Positions 1-12,224 of a stretch of 64,000 nt of DNA are shown here, one piece after another; the first letter of the stretch is position 1; each line of letters starts with the position of its first letter. Position numbers and translations under genes: made by a program. Origin of the DNA: Camelus ferus (taxonomy: Eukaryota); NCBI RefSeq assembly GCF_009834535.1, contig NC_045696.1, positions 94,118,001-94,182,000 on the forward strand, written 5' to 3'. A model generated the notes under the pieces. The model had not been told where the DNA came from. It saw only the letters and a list, made by a program, of their open reading frames with translations, and made no database searches.

Positions 1-25
1 TAGATTCTAGCTCATACAACTCAAT

Positions 26-67
<42 letters not shown>
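26..67. repeat. (AAC)14 microsatellite inside L1
   Basis: Read directly from the sequence. Confidence 0.95.
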
Positions 68-69
<2 letters not shown>

Positions 70-538
70 AAAACCCAATCCCAAAATGGGCAGAAGACCT
101 AAACAGACATCTCTCCAGTGAAGACATACAAATGGCCAACAGGCACATGAAAAGATGTTCAATATTGCTAATTATCAGAGGAATGCAAATCAAAACTACA
201 ATGAGGTACCACCTCACACTAGTCAGAATGGCCATCATTAAAATGTCCACAAATGATAAATGCTGGAGAGGGTGTGGAGAAAAGAGAACTCTCCTACACT
301 GCTGGTGGGAATGTAGTTTGGTGCCCCCATAATGGAAAACAGTATGGAGATTCCTTAAAAAACTAAAAACAGATTTACCATATGATCCAGCAATCCCACT
401 CCTGGGCACGTATCTGGAGGAGTCTCTAATTCAAAAAGACACCTGCACCTCAGTGTTCATAGCAGCACTATTTACAATAGCCAAGACATAGAAACAACCT
501 AAATGTCCATCCACAGATGAATGGATAAAAAAGATGTG

Positions 539-590
539 GTATGTATGTATGTATGTGTACATCAGCACCCTGTTCCTATGGGTATGTATG

Positions 591-636
<46 letters not shown>
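539..636. repeat. Compound (GTAT)n/(CA)n microsatellite inside L1
   Basis: Read directly from the sequence. Confidence 0.9.
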
Positions 637-637
<1 letters not shown>

Positions 638-1599
638 TTATAGCTACTCAGCAATAAAAAAGAATAATAATGCTATCTGCAGCAACATAGATGGACCTGG
701 AGTTTCTCATACTAAGTGAAGTAAGCCAGAAAGAGAAAGAAAAATACCTTATGATATCACTTATATGTGGAATCTAAAAAAAATGACACAAATGAACTTA
801 TTTACAAAATAGAAACAGACTCACAGACATAGAGAACAAGCTTATGGTTACCAGAGCGGGGAAGAGAGAGGTGGAGGGATAAACTGGGAGTTCACGATTT
901 GCAGATACACACTACTATACATAAAATAGATAAACAACAAGGTCCTACTGTATAGCACAGGGAACTATAGTCAATACCTTGTAATAGCTTATAATGAAAA
1001 AATATGAAAAGAAATATATGTATATGTGTATAACTAAATTACTATGCTGTATACCAGAAACCAACACAACATTGCAAATCAACTATACGTCAAGTAAAAA
1101 AAAAACAGCGGATTCTTATGCATCTGAAATAGTTTAAATATAGGAATTCCTAGAAACAGGGGAAAGAATACATTAAGTCTCTGAGGCATTGTGAAATCGT
1201 CACACTCTAATTTTAACAGGTGGTGCTAAATTCCTCTTTTTCTTAAACAGAAGCGAATTTCAAAAAGGATCTGATTTGGAATATTAACATAACTAAAGCT
1301 ATTAACTAATTTTCTTATTTTCCTAACAAGATAATAAACATTATGGATCACTGCTTTTGATAATCTATCTATATGTGTACATAAAGTCTATCTACCACAG
1401 GATAAGTGCAGTTTTCACAGTGACCAAAGATAATTTTTCTATGTCGTTGAAAGTATATTTATACTGCTTTGTACATCACCTTTGGTTTGTAATCCCAGTT
1501 CATGAAAGTCTTGACATGTGAATACAATCTAGCAACATAATTCACTTATTTACAATTTTGAAAGAACAAGGAAAGTACCCTAATGTAACAAACACAGCA

Positions 1600-1748
1600 G
1601 AGCCCTGGGCTTTGCCCTCACTCTGTCACAAGGTGGGTGTATAGATTTGGGTAATCCCTCAGTCTCTGAAGCCAGTCTCTTCAGCTATAAAATTTATTGG
1701 GTTGGACCTGGTGATCTGCAGGGTCCTTCCAGTTTTAAGGTTAATGAT
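1600..1748 (+). mobile_element. MIR3-like SINE fossil
   Basis: Core-like TTGGGTAATCCCTCAGTCTCTGAAGCCAGTCTCTTCAGCTATAAAAT followed by GGTTGGACC..GATCT..GGTCCTTCCAG tail. Confidence 0.6.
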
Positions 1749-2899
1749 CATCAAAATGAAGGGATCAGAGAGAACAAACACGACACTAAAGAGGTTTCCG
1801 TGCTCTGAGCTGCCTTTTAGAAAGTTGGCCGTAGCCTTTCAATCAATCATAAACCAGAGGGCAGAGCTGCAGTGAAAAGCTTCTGGCTCTTAATTTTTGG
1901 GTACATTTCTGATACTTCAGGGTGGTTTAAATGGCTGTGAGTGCCCTAATGCCACACAAAGCTCACATCACTCTCATCATTATGAAACCTTCACAGATGT
2001 GCACTAGAAAAGATTTTCTGAGGCAGTTGGAAAAATGAAACTGTAAATGCCTTCCAGCTGGCATGCCTAAATGTTCTTCATCTCATTGGAGACATGTTCA
2101 GGTTAATTTCAGTTGATGACTGATAGCTCATCCAAATGTTACTCAAGATAATGTGGAGCAATTTTTCTCTCCTGGTGATGAACTCAGATAAGAGGGCGAT
2201 TATTGAAGGGAAAAAAAAAAGTAAATAACGTCTCTCAATTGAAAAAAAGATCGCATCATTACGAAAACACAAAATTAAATTATAACATCTTTTTTTCAAA
2301 AAAAAGAAAATGACTCAAGGTCGGGACATAAAAAGCAGAAGGCTAATTACACACATGCATATGGTGTACATTCTAGTTAAGTACTGAGGGAGTTAACACC
2401 TTCATGCCCAGCTGGTGTAGGTCATGCCGTTTACATCCTGCTGTTCACAATAGTAATGACAAGAAACGGGCTGCCTGCTATCACTAAGTGCCAGATACAG
2501 ACCATATGGCAACAAGGCGACATCAAATTAAAAAAAAAAAAAAGCAGTTTTTCCCGAGAGTGAATATACTTTGATAGCTTAAGACATGCAATCTATGGCA
2601 CATTTCCTTAATTCCCTTAAATTCCTCTTCTTATCCTGGCATTGCTACTTACCCTGGCAACTGCTCCTAAACTGTTAAATGAGAATATGAAAACAAGCAA
2701 AGAGCATCATTACAAAGTCACACGTCCTGGAAGCTAAGTTCTTTACTTTGGATGACTTCCCTCTTTAAGTGATTAGCTACTCTCTCTATAGAAACAGAAT
2801 TCCAGGAAGAAAAACACACAAAGGAATGACAAGCTATTCAGACACAGGCACACAGCGGACATATACAATGTGAAACGATTCCTTTTAGAGATAAAAAGA

Positions 2900-3082
2900 A
2901 TGGAATCACAGAATGCTAAAGCTGGCAGGGATCTCAGAGCGCTGCAGACTCACCTCGTTGCTTTACAGAAAAGGAAACAGAGGCAGAGCTGTGTTCAATC
3001 ACCTGGCCAAGAGCACTTGAGAGTGACTGCCAGAAATGGGTCTAAAATTTAGACCTACAGACTTCCATTCTAGTGCTCTTTC
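2900..3082 (-). mobile_element. MIR3-like SINE fossil
   Basis: AATCACAGAATGCTAAAGCTGGCAGGGATCTCAGAG...TTTACAGAAAAGGAAACAGAGGC...TCTAGTGCTCTTTC. Confidence 0.65.
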
Positions 3083-3565
3083 AAAATCTGTGTATTCTAT
3101 GTTGATAGAGTTAAAGATAATAGGGTTTAAGAATTAATGCATGATGACAGATTGAGAAATTGTTTGGTGTGCAACAGATAAGCTGATTCAGGACTTCATG
3201 ATTAAAAACAATAAATTTCTAACAAAGACAGTATGTATTTGAGGAAAAGTTGGACACTTCTTTAATATGATTTTATCTGTTAACTGAATTAGTGAGTTAC
3301 CCTCATCACCCCATACATTAAAAATTTTTAGTACCGATTTCATAGTCATTCTACAAATGGTCCTCTATACACAAACTAAAAACAGTGAATTTCTCATGAT
3401 CTGATGATTGACATCTTCTGTAAAATGGGTCTATGCCACCTAACAGGTGGCTCTCAGCTCCAGCAGATTATGGTTCTACCATACCCTGTTCACAATGAAG
3501 TGTGACTTTTGAAGCTGTGATGATCTGACCTCAAAGTAATTCAAGATTTAACTTTTGCTGATCTA

Positions 3566-3659
3566 AAATATATGTATGTATACGTATGACTGAAACATTA
3601 TGCTGTACACCAGAAATTGACACAACATTGGAAGCTGACTATATTTAATAAAAAAAAAA
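3566..3659 (+). mobile_element. Short L1 3' tail fragment
   Basis: TATGCTGTACACCAGAAATTGACACAACATTG...AATAAAAAAAAAA, homologous to 1020-1105. Confidence 0.85.
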
Positions 3660-4299
3660 GGCACCACTCTACAGTATCACTTAAAGTTACTTCTAAATTA
3701 AAGATAGTTCTCTAACTTCAAATTATACCTAGATATTTCAGAACATCGTTCTCAAGATAAATGTTGAGAAATTTCTACCTACTATTGATGGAATCATTAT
3801 CCACTGGAGTTTTTCTGTAACTCACACTTAAATGTATGAAACAGGAGGCCCTTGAGACAATTTGCATCTGTGCAAAACTGTCCTACTTTTTCTTATATGA
3901 GTGGCAATAAATTTGTAAAAGAATTTAAAATTAAGCTGTACTTATTTCTGAGATTGCATTAGACTTTTTATCTCTTTACATTTTCATATTTAAACTCCAT
4001 GACTAAAACCAATCCCAGATATCAGAGCATCAGGAGGACAGGTAATAAAAGAGAGGGGTAGCTGTGGGTAACAGAATTTTCAGTTACAAAACAGAGTAAA
4101 AAAACTGAGTTTAGAAGCTTAAACTTAAGTTAACAACTGATTTGTTAAGAAGTGTTTCTATTTTTCAACTATGATTTGACTGTAAACTACTCAAGGACTT
4201 CAATGGATAAAGATAAATGATTATTAAAGATCACAGTATGAATTACAACAAAATCTTATCCGTGAATTTCAGAAAAGCCATTACTAATTTCAATTTTTG

Positions 4300-5300
4300 T
4301 CAAAATGGCTGATTCTAGGGCTGGAGGACAGAGTCTACAGCGTCTGCAGTCCTAAAAAGAAAAAAGAGTTCTCAAAAACTGAACACCATGGGGGAGGGGC
4401 ACAGCAAAGGGATACAGAAGCCGAACTGAAAGAAGTCCCAGTGGCCAAAGATGGATCACTCTGAGCAACAAAACCAATAACAAAGTATTAGATTATAACC
4501 CACGTATGAGATATCCATGAATACACACCTTATAGATAATTGATTGAATAAATAAATAAGGCAGAGACAAATCTCTTGTACAGAAGAATTTCAAGTAATT
4601 TATGTAGCTACTAATCCCTCAGAGGGGCAAATCCTAGCTCCCTATTCCTTAAGTTTGAGCTGTGCTCAGCCACTTGCTCCCAAAGAGTAGAAGCACATTA
4701 AAAAAAAAAACAAAACCCCACGTGACTTTACAGTGACGAAACCTGGCAAATGTGATCTCAGTTAGGTGATCAATGTTAGTATCATCAGTAGTAAGTCACC
4801 TCGATAGCATGTGCCCTTAAAGTGATGTGACAAGAATGTCACTTCACCTCTGTAGTCTTCTTCCCCCAAACCCCACAAAGTCAACCTAAGAGAGAAAACA
4901 TGATACGCACCCAAACTGAGGGACAGTCTACAAAATACATGACCAGATCTCCTCAAAACAAACAAAAAAGGTCTTGAAAAACAAGGGAAGTCTGTGAAAC
5001 GCCTAAGACCAGAGGAGACTAAGGAGACATGATGACCAAATGTACCACGTACCCTGAACTGAATCCTGTAGCAGGGAAAGGAAAAGGATAGTATGAGGAA
5101 AAATGAATGAAATCCGAATTAAGGATGGAGTTGAGTGAATACTAACATATCAGTATTGCTTTATTAGCTGTGACAAATATGTGACACTAATATACTAACA
5201 CTAGGGGAACTGGGTGTGTGGTATGTAGTAACTCTCTGTATTATCCTTGTCAATTTTCTGTAAACCTAAAACTATTCTAAAATAAAAAGTTTATTTAAGA
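4300..5300 (+). mobile_element. Ancient L1 3'UTR (L1MC/L1MD-like)
   Basis: CTTTACAGTGACGAAACCTGGCAAA, CCAGAGGAGACTAAGGAGACATGATGACCAAATG and terminal TTTTCTGTAAACCTAAAACTATTCTAAAATAAAAAG. Confidence 0.85.
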
Positions 5301-5381
5301 AGAAAGGAATTTGATGATTTTGTTCTCTCAAGTTTCCACAAAGTATGTTGCTTGTTTTGACTGGCATTTTCTATTTTATTT

Positions 5382-5545
5382 GTGTGTGTGTGTGTGGTTC
5401 TTATTTTTTTTTGTTGTTGTTGTTTTTTTAAATGAGGGGGTGGGTAATTAGGTTTGTTTATTTATTTATTTATTAGAGGAGGATTGAACCCAGGACCTCA
5501 CGCATGCTAAGGATGCGCTCTACCTCTTGAGCTATAACGTCCCCT
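5382..5545 (-). mobile_element. tRNA-Ala-derived SINE (camelid Vic-1-like) with microsatellite tail
   Basis: Minus strand GGGGACGTTATAGCTCAAGAGGTAGAGCGCATCCTTAGCATGCGTGAGGTCCTGGGTTCAATCC has A and B boxes. Its tail AATAAACAAACCTAATTACC is shared with the copy at 62 kb. TSD TTTTCTATTT(T/G)ATTT at 5367-5381 and 5546-5560. Confidence 0.88.
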
Positions 5546-6384
5546 TTTTCTATTTGATTTTAAGTCTTGTTTACAAAAAATTTTAGAATCACTAGGCAAT
5601 GAGGCCTTGCTTAATGTCAACAGTTTATATGAAGTATCATAGAAATAAACTGTGTTCCAAATTATGCTGCCCTCTGCCATAAACCTCAGAATATTTTCAG
5701 AGTCATCACTCACTTTCTAGTGTGATAAAACTCACAAATGTGTGTTGTAAATTATAAGACTATAAAATGTAGAGCATAATTAGTGTTACTTTATGATTAC
5801 TTTTCTCATTATTTCTGAGGTCTCAGTAATGTAGTGGTTGCTAAAGGGAGTTTCTATAGGTTAGATAATCCGTATCTTCATAAAGTTAATGCCAAAAAAA
5901 TGGTTCCACTCAGCCCCATAAAAGAACACTTAATGTGATTTTAATTATGTAGATGTGACCTTAGGAGAATTATGTGTAATTGGCCAATTTAGTTGGTTTC
6001 TCCTGCCTTGGTCAAACCATATTCTGAGTGTCACATTTGATGAGCCATTTTAATAAAGAAGCCCGACAGGACTGATCATATTTTTTATATACGTGTGATT
6101 TGACCTTGAGCATCCAGACACAGGCTGACTGACCTCAGTAAGACAAAGCTGCAGACAAGTATTGCTGAATGTTTTCCTGAGAGCATGCTTGTGGAGTATG
6201 AGTGGGTGGTAAAAACATTTTTGTATGTACTTGGACTTTAGACATCTCATGATTTTGAGGTAAATCAGTGGTTGAAGTGAGAAGAAAACCAAAGCCAAAA
6301 TGCAAATGCACTGGTGAGACAGACTGACACTGGTGGGAAACCACACTCCTGCTGTGAAGTCTCTCCGTGAATTAAAAAAAAGAT

Positions 6385-7243
6385 CTTTATTGAGATATAA
6401 CTGTACTACATATACAATATACTTCACATACTTAAATTGTAGAGTTTGGTAATTTTTGACATATGTATGCAGCCATGAAATAATCACTACACTCAAATAG
6501 CCAACATACCCATCACCCTCAAAAGTGTCCTTGTGCCCAGTTGTAATTTTTCTCTCTTGCCCCTCCCATACCACCTCCAACCTTGTCCCCAATCACTGAG
6601 TTGCTTCTTGTTACTCTAAATTAGTTTGCATTTGTTTTAGTTTTTTTTTTTTTAAATAGAATCATCCAGTATTTACTCTTTGAAAAAAAAAAAAAAGAAC
6701 TTTTTCACATAGTATTAATTGTTCTGAGATTCATTCAGGTTGTATTCTGTGTCAGTATTTCATTCTTTTTTATTGGCTGGATCTAGCACAATTTGTGTAT
6801 TCATTCACCTGTTTATGGCCATTTGGGCTGTAATCTCCTTTTCTAATATTCTGATTCGTGTTGGTGTGTTTTTTTATCCTTTTACTTTTAATCTGTTTGA
6901 GTTTATGGTCAAAGTGCATTTCCTGTAAGAGCATAGAGTTGGTTCTTGCTTTCATATTCACTATGAAAATCTCTGCCTTTTAATTTGGGTGTTTAGATCA
7001 TTTACATTAATGTGATTATTAATGTGGGGTTTAAGTCTATTTTCTTGTTTTTTGTTTTCTCCCTTTTCCCTATTTTCTTTGCTATTTACTTCCTCTTCTG
7101 CCTTATTTAGGATTAATTGAATTTTTTAATAATTCCACTTATCTTTTTTGTTTGTTTATTAGCTATAACTCTTTGTCTTGTTATTTCAGTGGCTGCTTTA
7201 AGGTTTATGGCATGCATATTTAATTAATAACAGTCTACCTTCA
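6385..7243 (-). mobile_element. Old L1M: 3' end (6385-6830) joined to an ORF1/ORF2-junction fragment (about 6860-7243)
   Basis: CTTTATTGAGATATAA...CCATCACCCTCAAAAGTGTCC...CATTTGGGCTG, then TTTCCTGTAAGAGCATAGAGTTGG...AATCTCTGCCTTTTAATTTGGGTGTTTAGATCATTTACATT. Confidence 0.75.
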
Positions 7244-7308
7244 GGGTGGTCAGTAAATTATGGCCATTGAGCTAAATCTCTTCTACTGCCTGTTTTTGTA
7301 AATAAAGT
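7242..7308 (+). mobile_element. MER58-like hAT-Charlie end fragment
   Basis: CAGGGTGGTCAGTAAATTATGGCC...CTGCCTGTTTTTGTAAATAAAGT. Confidence 0.6.
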
Positions 7309-7334
7309 CTGACTTTCTTAGATGATGTCGCTGA

Positions 7335-7505
7335 AGCTGCTAGTTGTCCACAAAATCTGTTCCTCAGTTCTTACACAACTTTAGAATTGTAGTTGGCCCA
7401 TGGCTGCCCAGCTGAGGATTACATTTTCAGCCATGTTTGGAGTCAGGTGTGTCTGGATGGCTAAGTTCTCAGTCTTAGAATGTGAGCCCAAGGAAAGTGT
7501 GCCAA
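7335..7505 (+). mobile_element. Ancient MaLR/ERVL LTR 5' fragment (MLT1I/J or LTR33-like)
   Basis: CATGGCTGCCCAGCTGAGGATTACATTTTCAGCC...GGCTAAGTTCT...AATGTGAGC. Confidence 0.55.
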
Positions 7506-8705
7506 TGACAGTAGTGGGGGGAAAACCTGGAGTGATACCAAATGTCAGGTTACTCAGCCTCTTTGATGCTAGTTCTGAGTACAGTTATAGGTATTCAAAT
7601 ATTTTATAACAGACTGAAGAACCATGTGATACTCCAACATGAGTCAAAGGAGCCACGTAAATTTTTCTGCTGTGAGATCTTCATGACATAGAAAGAATGA
7701 TAGGGTCATTAATATGATAGCCATGTGTCCCAGATTCAGCAAGTAACTTCATCATAATAAATGAGCTGGATATATTGAAATCTTATATAGTAGAAAGTTA
7801 GAGCTATCAAGGGCCTTAAAGTTCAATTCTTAAACCCTTTCTTTCCTTGGTTCTGCTCTACTGTCCGAAGCACATTGTGACTCCTAAGGGAATGTTAATG
7901 GACAACACTCAATTCTATATTGGATTCAACAAGTCTGTGGTATTTTTCTGTTAATAAAAACTTTCAAACAGGTATAAAAAATTACCAATTCACTAATAGC
8001 TTTTGTCTCTTTATAGACATACATCTATAAAACATACAAAGTCAATATTTTCTGAATCACCTAGTGGAAAAAATATTAATCTTGAGTGAGTGAGTGAGGG
8101 CTGATGGCATGGCCACATTAACTACCCTGGGGTATGAATTATTATTCAAAACTGTGGCTCAAGGCTTCAGTCATGAAATAAAAACTGCCAACAGATCACA
8201 GGGAAGGGTATTCTCTCACTTGTATGCATGTAAAATCCAGCAAGCGGGTAAATTCTCTACGTAAACACTAGTGGTTTGATGTGGCGACTGTTGAGTTAGT
8301 AGCTGAGCTAGTTTCTTTACAAAAGCCTTTCAGGACATTCCTACCCTCTGTCTCCTGCCTTGCCCTTTCTCACTTCTCTGATGAGAACCCAGAAATTACC
8401 TAATTCTGAGATATTTGGTTCTACTAACAACAGGATTCCTAGAATAAGAAATACTATCTTATGCTACAGTTGATGTCAAAGAGTTAAATGTGTGTGTGTG
8501 TGTGTATACATGTAAATAGCTGTATACACATATGTGTGTGTAATTGTAAGCCTGCCAAAACATAATGGTTAAAGGTTAATTCTTGTAAAGAATGAAATCT
8601 TAATACATTTTGACATATAAGGTATATTAGAAAAGAAAACAATAAATTTTATTAAAAATGCTCCCTTTTGTAGCAAGTATAAAAGGCAAGAGATTAATAT
8701 TCATG

Positions 8706-9206
8706 TGTGATGGTGACCTTTATGTGTCAACTTGATCAGACCATGAGGTGACCAGACAAGTGGTCAAACATTATTCTGGGTGTTTGTGAGGGTGTTTTTG
8801 GATGAGATTCACAATTGAATTGGTAGAGTGAGTAAAGCAGACTACCCTCCCTAAAAGGGGTGGGCCCCATCCAACCAGTTGAAGGTCGGGATAGAGCCAA
8901 AAGACTGACCCTCTCACATGTGGGAGGGAATTCCTCTTGCCTGACTGCCTTCAAACTGGGACATCAGATTTTATCTGCCTTAAGACTTAAACTGAAAGAT
9001 TGGTTCTTCCTACATCTCAAGTCTACAAACCTTGGAACTGGAACTACACCATTGGCTCTCCAGGGTCTCCAGCTTGCTAACTGCAGATCTTAGAACTTGT
9101 CAGCCCCTGTGATTGCATGAGCCAATTCCTCATAATCAATAAATAAGTAAACAAACAAACAAATACCCTCTTGGTTCTGTTTCTTTTGAGAATCCTGACT
9201 AATATG
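8706..9206 (+). mobile_element. MLT2 (ERVL) solo LTR
   Basis: Starts TGTGATGGTGACCTTTATGTGTCAACTTG and ends TTGGTTCTGTTTCTTTTGAGAATCCTGACTAATATG. AATAAA near 9138. Confidence 0.92.
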
Positions 9207-9299
9207 CTATGTTAGGTAAAGAACACATAGATAATAGAAACAATGAAGTCAGTGATATGAAAATTATTTCATATAACTGGAAATAAAATTAATGAGCAA

Positions 9300-9720
9300 A
9301 ACTGTGGAGTAATGATCTTATTAGCCAACAAAGAAGTGTTACTTTACACTTATGAAACTAGTAAAAATTTTTTAACGTTTAACACCCAAACCTGGGAAGG
9401 TTTTGTTGAAACTGCTAAAATAATCTGTTACTGGCAGTAGTAAGTTGTCACAACTTTTTATGATAGCAATGTGGAAAAATACATAGAGGCTGGAAAACTG
9501 CTTACATCCCTTATCTCCAATTATCAAACACATATGAAGTCTTCTTAGAGAGATGAGAAATAATGAAAATAATAGAGGAAAAAAGCTATCTGCATAAAGA
9601 CGATTGCAGTTTTATATATAACAGTGAAATAGTGAAACAGCCTCCTTAAGAAATGAATAATACAGAAGCGGTTTAGGAACCTAGAAAAATGAATATTATA
9701 CATCCACTAAAATTATGATG
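9300..9720 (+). mobile_element. Very diverged L1ME-like ORF2 3' fragment
   Basis: Weak similarity: TGTTACTGGCAGTAGTAAGTTG..ACAACTTTTTATGATAGCAATGTGG, ATAACAGTGAAATAGTGAAACAGCC. Confidence 0.4.
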
Positions 9721-10043
9721 ATAATTTAAAGAATATTCCTTATAACCAAGCTTTTCAGGGAAGTGTTTTAGGTACACACAAAGATACAGACACTACTATC
9801 AGAATAAAATAAGTTAAAAAATGTACGTGAATCAGGTGAAGTGGAAATTAAGGGAGGAAAAATGAGATCCTGAGCTACAGCTGGTACCCAATGTACCTAA
9901 TCATGGTCCTATTTGATTTATTAGAAGTGGGCCACAAATTTAACTGTGCATTTCTGGCAGCTAATCTGAAAACAACAACAACATTGTCTAAAAAAGCCTT
10001 AAGAGCACACTAGCTATTAAATAGCTATTTTAAGTATAAAACC

Positions 10044-10669
10044 TGAGGGGTAGTTTTGCTATTGAGTCTCTGCATAGAAGACAAGGTGTGAACTTAGTGA
10101 GCCTGGTCCTGTATTTTAGTGGGAGGGGCCTGGGAGAAAGGAAGGTGCACGCCCCTCTAGGGGGGAAAGCAGGAGACCTGCACCAGAGGCTTCTCTTTCA
10201 CCCCCTCCCTCCATAGGGAGGAATGATTCAGCTGATTGAGGAGTCTGAGAGAAACAGTGTGTATAGCTCAGAGCCTTCCTCATTTATTATTCTTGGAACC
10301 AACCTGCTTTCTGGGAGTCTGAATTCTCTGAAGCTCCTCAGGGCAAATCTCAGGGTGCAGCTCAGCCTCAGGGAGATGCGGGATAGATTGCTGCTGTCTA
10401 CCTTCACCTGTGACCCAGCTGGTGAGTCTCTCTCAGTCGTGGGCGAAGCCTCAGGGAGTCCATTTCGCCAGAGACAGACTCCTCCTCCATTGGCCCTCTC
10501 AGCAGGAAGTCGAAATACTGACCTTCATCCATCAGATGCCTCTGCTTCTCGCAACTGGTCAGGTCTTGGATTTGAAGAAGACTGTTATTTATTGGCTCCT
10601 AAAATCCTAACACTTAACAACATCCTTGTAGTTGATACATTACTGAGATTTTCAGGGGTGTTTCTTACA
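10044..10669 (-). mobile_element. Probable ancient LTR, family not identified
   Basis: GC-richer block with TG...CA termini on the minus strand (TGTAAGAAAC...AAACTACCCCTCA), LTR-like length. Confidence 0.35.
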
Positions 10670-10689
10670 GTGTACCCCAAAGAAAACAG

Positions 10690-10900
10690 GATGCTGTTTG
10701 AGAATAGCACAGAAACCACTGTGGCTGGAGAGTAATGACCGATGAAGAAAATGACAACATGAGAACAGGCAGAAAGGTGGGTTAGGGGCAGGTCATATGC
10801 GCAATGTTAGGGCACCGGGAGGCTTTTAAATAAGAAGCCCGTATAATCAAATGTGTGTTTTGAAAGGCTCTCTCTGGCAGCTGAGTGTAGCATGAATCAG
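10690..10900 (-). mobile_element. L2 fragment
   Basis: TGTGGCTGGAGAG...GGGCAGGTCAT...TGTGTTTTGAAAGGCTCTCTCTGGCAGC. Confidence 0.6.
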
Positions 10901-10924
10901 AGCCGATGACTTTAATTTCCACAG

Positions 10925-11300
10925 ACTAGGATTTAACAAGCAGCTTGTTGGGAGAGGATTCTAGGAAGCACTAATAGGAAAGGGGAGGGTGTGATGTGAG
11001 ACAGAGAAAGGAAAGAAGCCAACAGAGGATGTCCTAGGGGCAGGTCGCCACTGTGGGCAACTGGGGGTCACTCTTGTTGGGGAACTCTGGAATCCTATGG
11101 AATGCATCTCAAAGTTGCCCCACTTGGGAAGCTGGAAAGTTTCCACCAACTCTTGTCTCTTATTGGTTGAGGGCTTCCCCTGGGGGTGTTAACACCCCAG
11201 CACTTCAGAACACTCTTCTGCAGCCAGAGAACACCCTGAGGAAAGACGGTCCCAGGTGCTTACAGTAGGAAGCTTTGGTGGAATGGAAACAGTGGGTGCA
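10925..11300 (-). mobile_element. LTR16-like ERVL LTR
   Basis: GTGAGACAGAGAAAGGAAAGAAGCCAA...CCACTGTGGGCAACTGGGG...ATTGGTTGAGGGCTTCCCCTGGGGGTGTTAAC. Confidence 0.75.
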
Positions 11301-11959
11301 AAGTTGAGATAATCCTCTCTCTTTGGGTCACATTTTTTCACTGGGTATCAAAGCAGAATAGCTCACTCCCCTTCAATTTCTAAGACTCTCAGGAAACTCT
11401 TTTGTCAACCTGTATTTCTACTTCTTTCAGCAAAATTCCCTGGGTTAGTTTCCTTTGGAAACCTTTCCCTCTCCTTTTAGCTCTTTTTATACTGATACAA
11501 ATTAACTCACATCAGCTCCATCTAGGTTCTCTGACCGGTTCAACTGATAATACCCACATAAATATCAGAGTTGAGGCTTAAGTTATGACACATTCCTACT
11601 GACATAAAGCCTGAAGCTAAACTCATATATTAAACTGAAGTAACCATGTGTATACTAAAAAAGTAATAATTGACCATTTATGAGTAATAAAATTATTTGA
11701 ATATATAGTAATTAAAGCTTCCCGTACATTGCTGGGTTATATTGTTCCTGTACATGGTAACAATATGAAAAAGAATTCCTATTGTTTTTGAAAAAAGTTT
11801 GAAATTAACTTCTACTGTTTTTAATAAACAACTTACTTTTTCCCCATAACTGAAAAGTGAAATACATCCATGATTGGAGGAAAGTTTGAAAGATAGCTAC
11901 TATAGTGCACGTACCAGGACAAGGCCAAATATCCTGCTCTGTGTTTCAAAACTCTAAGA

Positions 11960-12224
11960 CACTCCTCCTGGCTGGCAGAGTGTCATCTTCTTGCTGTGTC
12001 CTCACATGGCAGAGAGACCGGGGTGAAGAGAAGGAGAGAGAGAGGAGAAAGCTAGCTCTCTGATGTCCCTTCTTATAAGGGCACTAATCCCATAATGAGG
12101 GCCCCACCCTCATACCCTTAGGTAGACCTAGTTATCTCCCCAAAGCTCTATCTTCAATACCATTCCCGGGGAGTTAGGGTTTCAACATACAAATTTTGGG
12201 AGGACATGATTCAGTCTAGAGCAA
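11960..12224 (-). mobile_element. Partial MLT1A-type MaLR LTR
   Basis: CTTCTTGCTGTGTCCTCACATGGCAGA...TTATAAGGGCACTAATCCCAT..GAGGGCCCCACCCTCAT...GGGTTTCAACATAC. Confidence 0.85.

Larger units (their letters stand above)
9..1105 (+). mobile_element. 5'-truncated LINE-1 (end of ORF2, 3'UTR, poly-A), cetartiodactyl type
   Basis: ORF 132..332 gives the L1 ORF2 C-terminus ([10 protein letters not shown]...[18 protein letters not shown]) then frameshifts. The 3'UTR is typical, ending CACAACATTGCAAATCAACTATAC plus an A run at 1096-1105. GATTCT at 3-8 and 1111-1116 may be the end of a TSD. Confidence 0.95.

Noticed and set aside
132..332. 66-aa ORF with a Cys/His motif as a gene
   Set aside because: It is the frameshifted C-terminus of L1 ORF2 in a truncated element.
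431..719. ORFs with CVCVCV / THTHTH runs (also 49143-49413 and 62341-62547)
   Set aside because: They are translations of (CA)n/(TG)n microsatellites.
6050..6592. Longest ORF in the track (180 aa, minus strand)
   Set aside because: Non-ATG start, N-terminal part lies in an L1 3'UTR, no recognisable domain or exon structure.
10148..10165. CTCF-like motifs (CCCCTAGAGGGGCG on minus; also CAGGTGG at about 1217 and 3444)
   Set aside because: Mismatches at core positions; not supportable without PWM scoring or ChIP data.
10223..10735. 170-aa ORF as a protein-coding gene or retrocopy
   Set aside because: No recognisable homology, no poly-A or TSD, and it overlaps an LTR-like block and L2 sequence.
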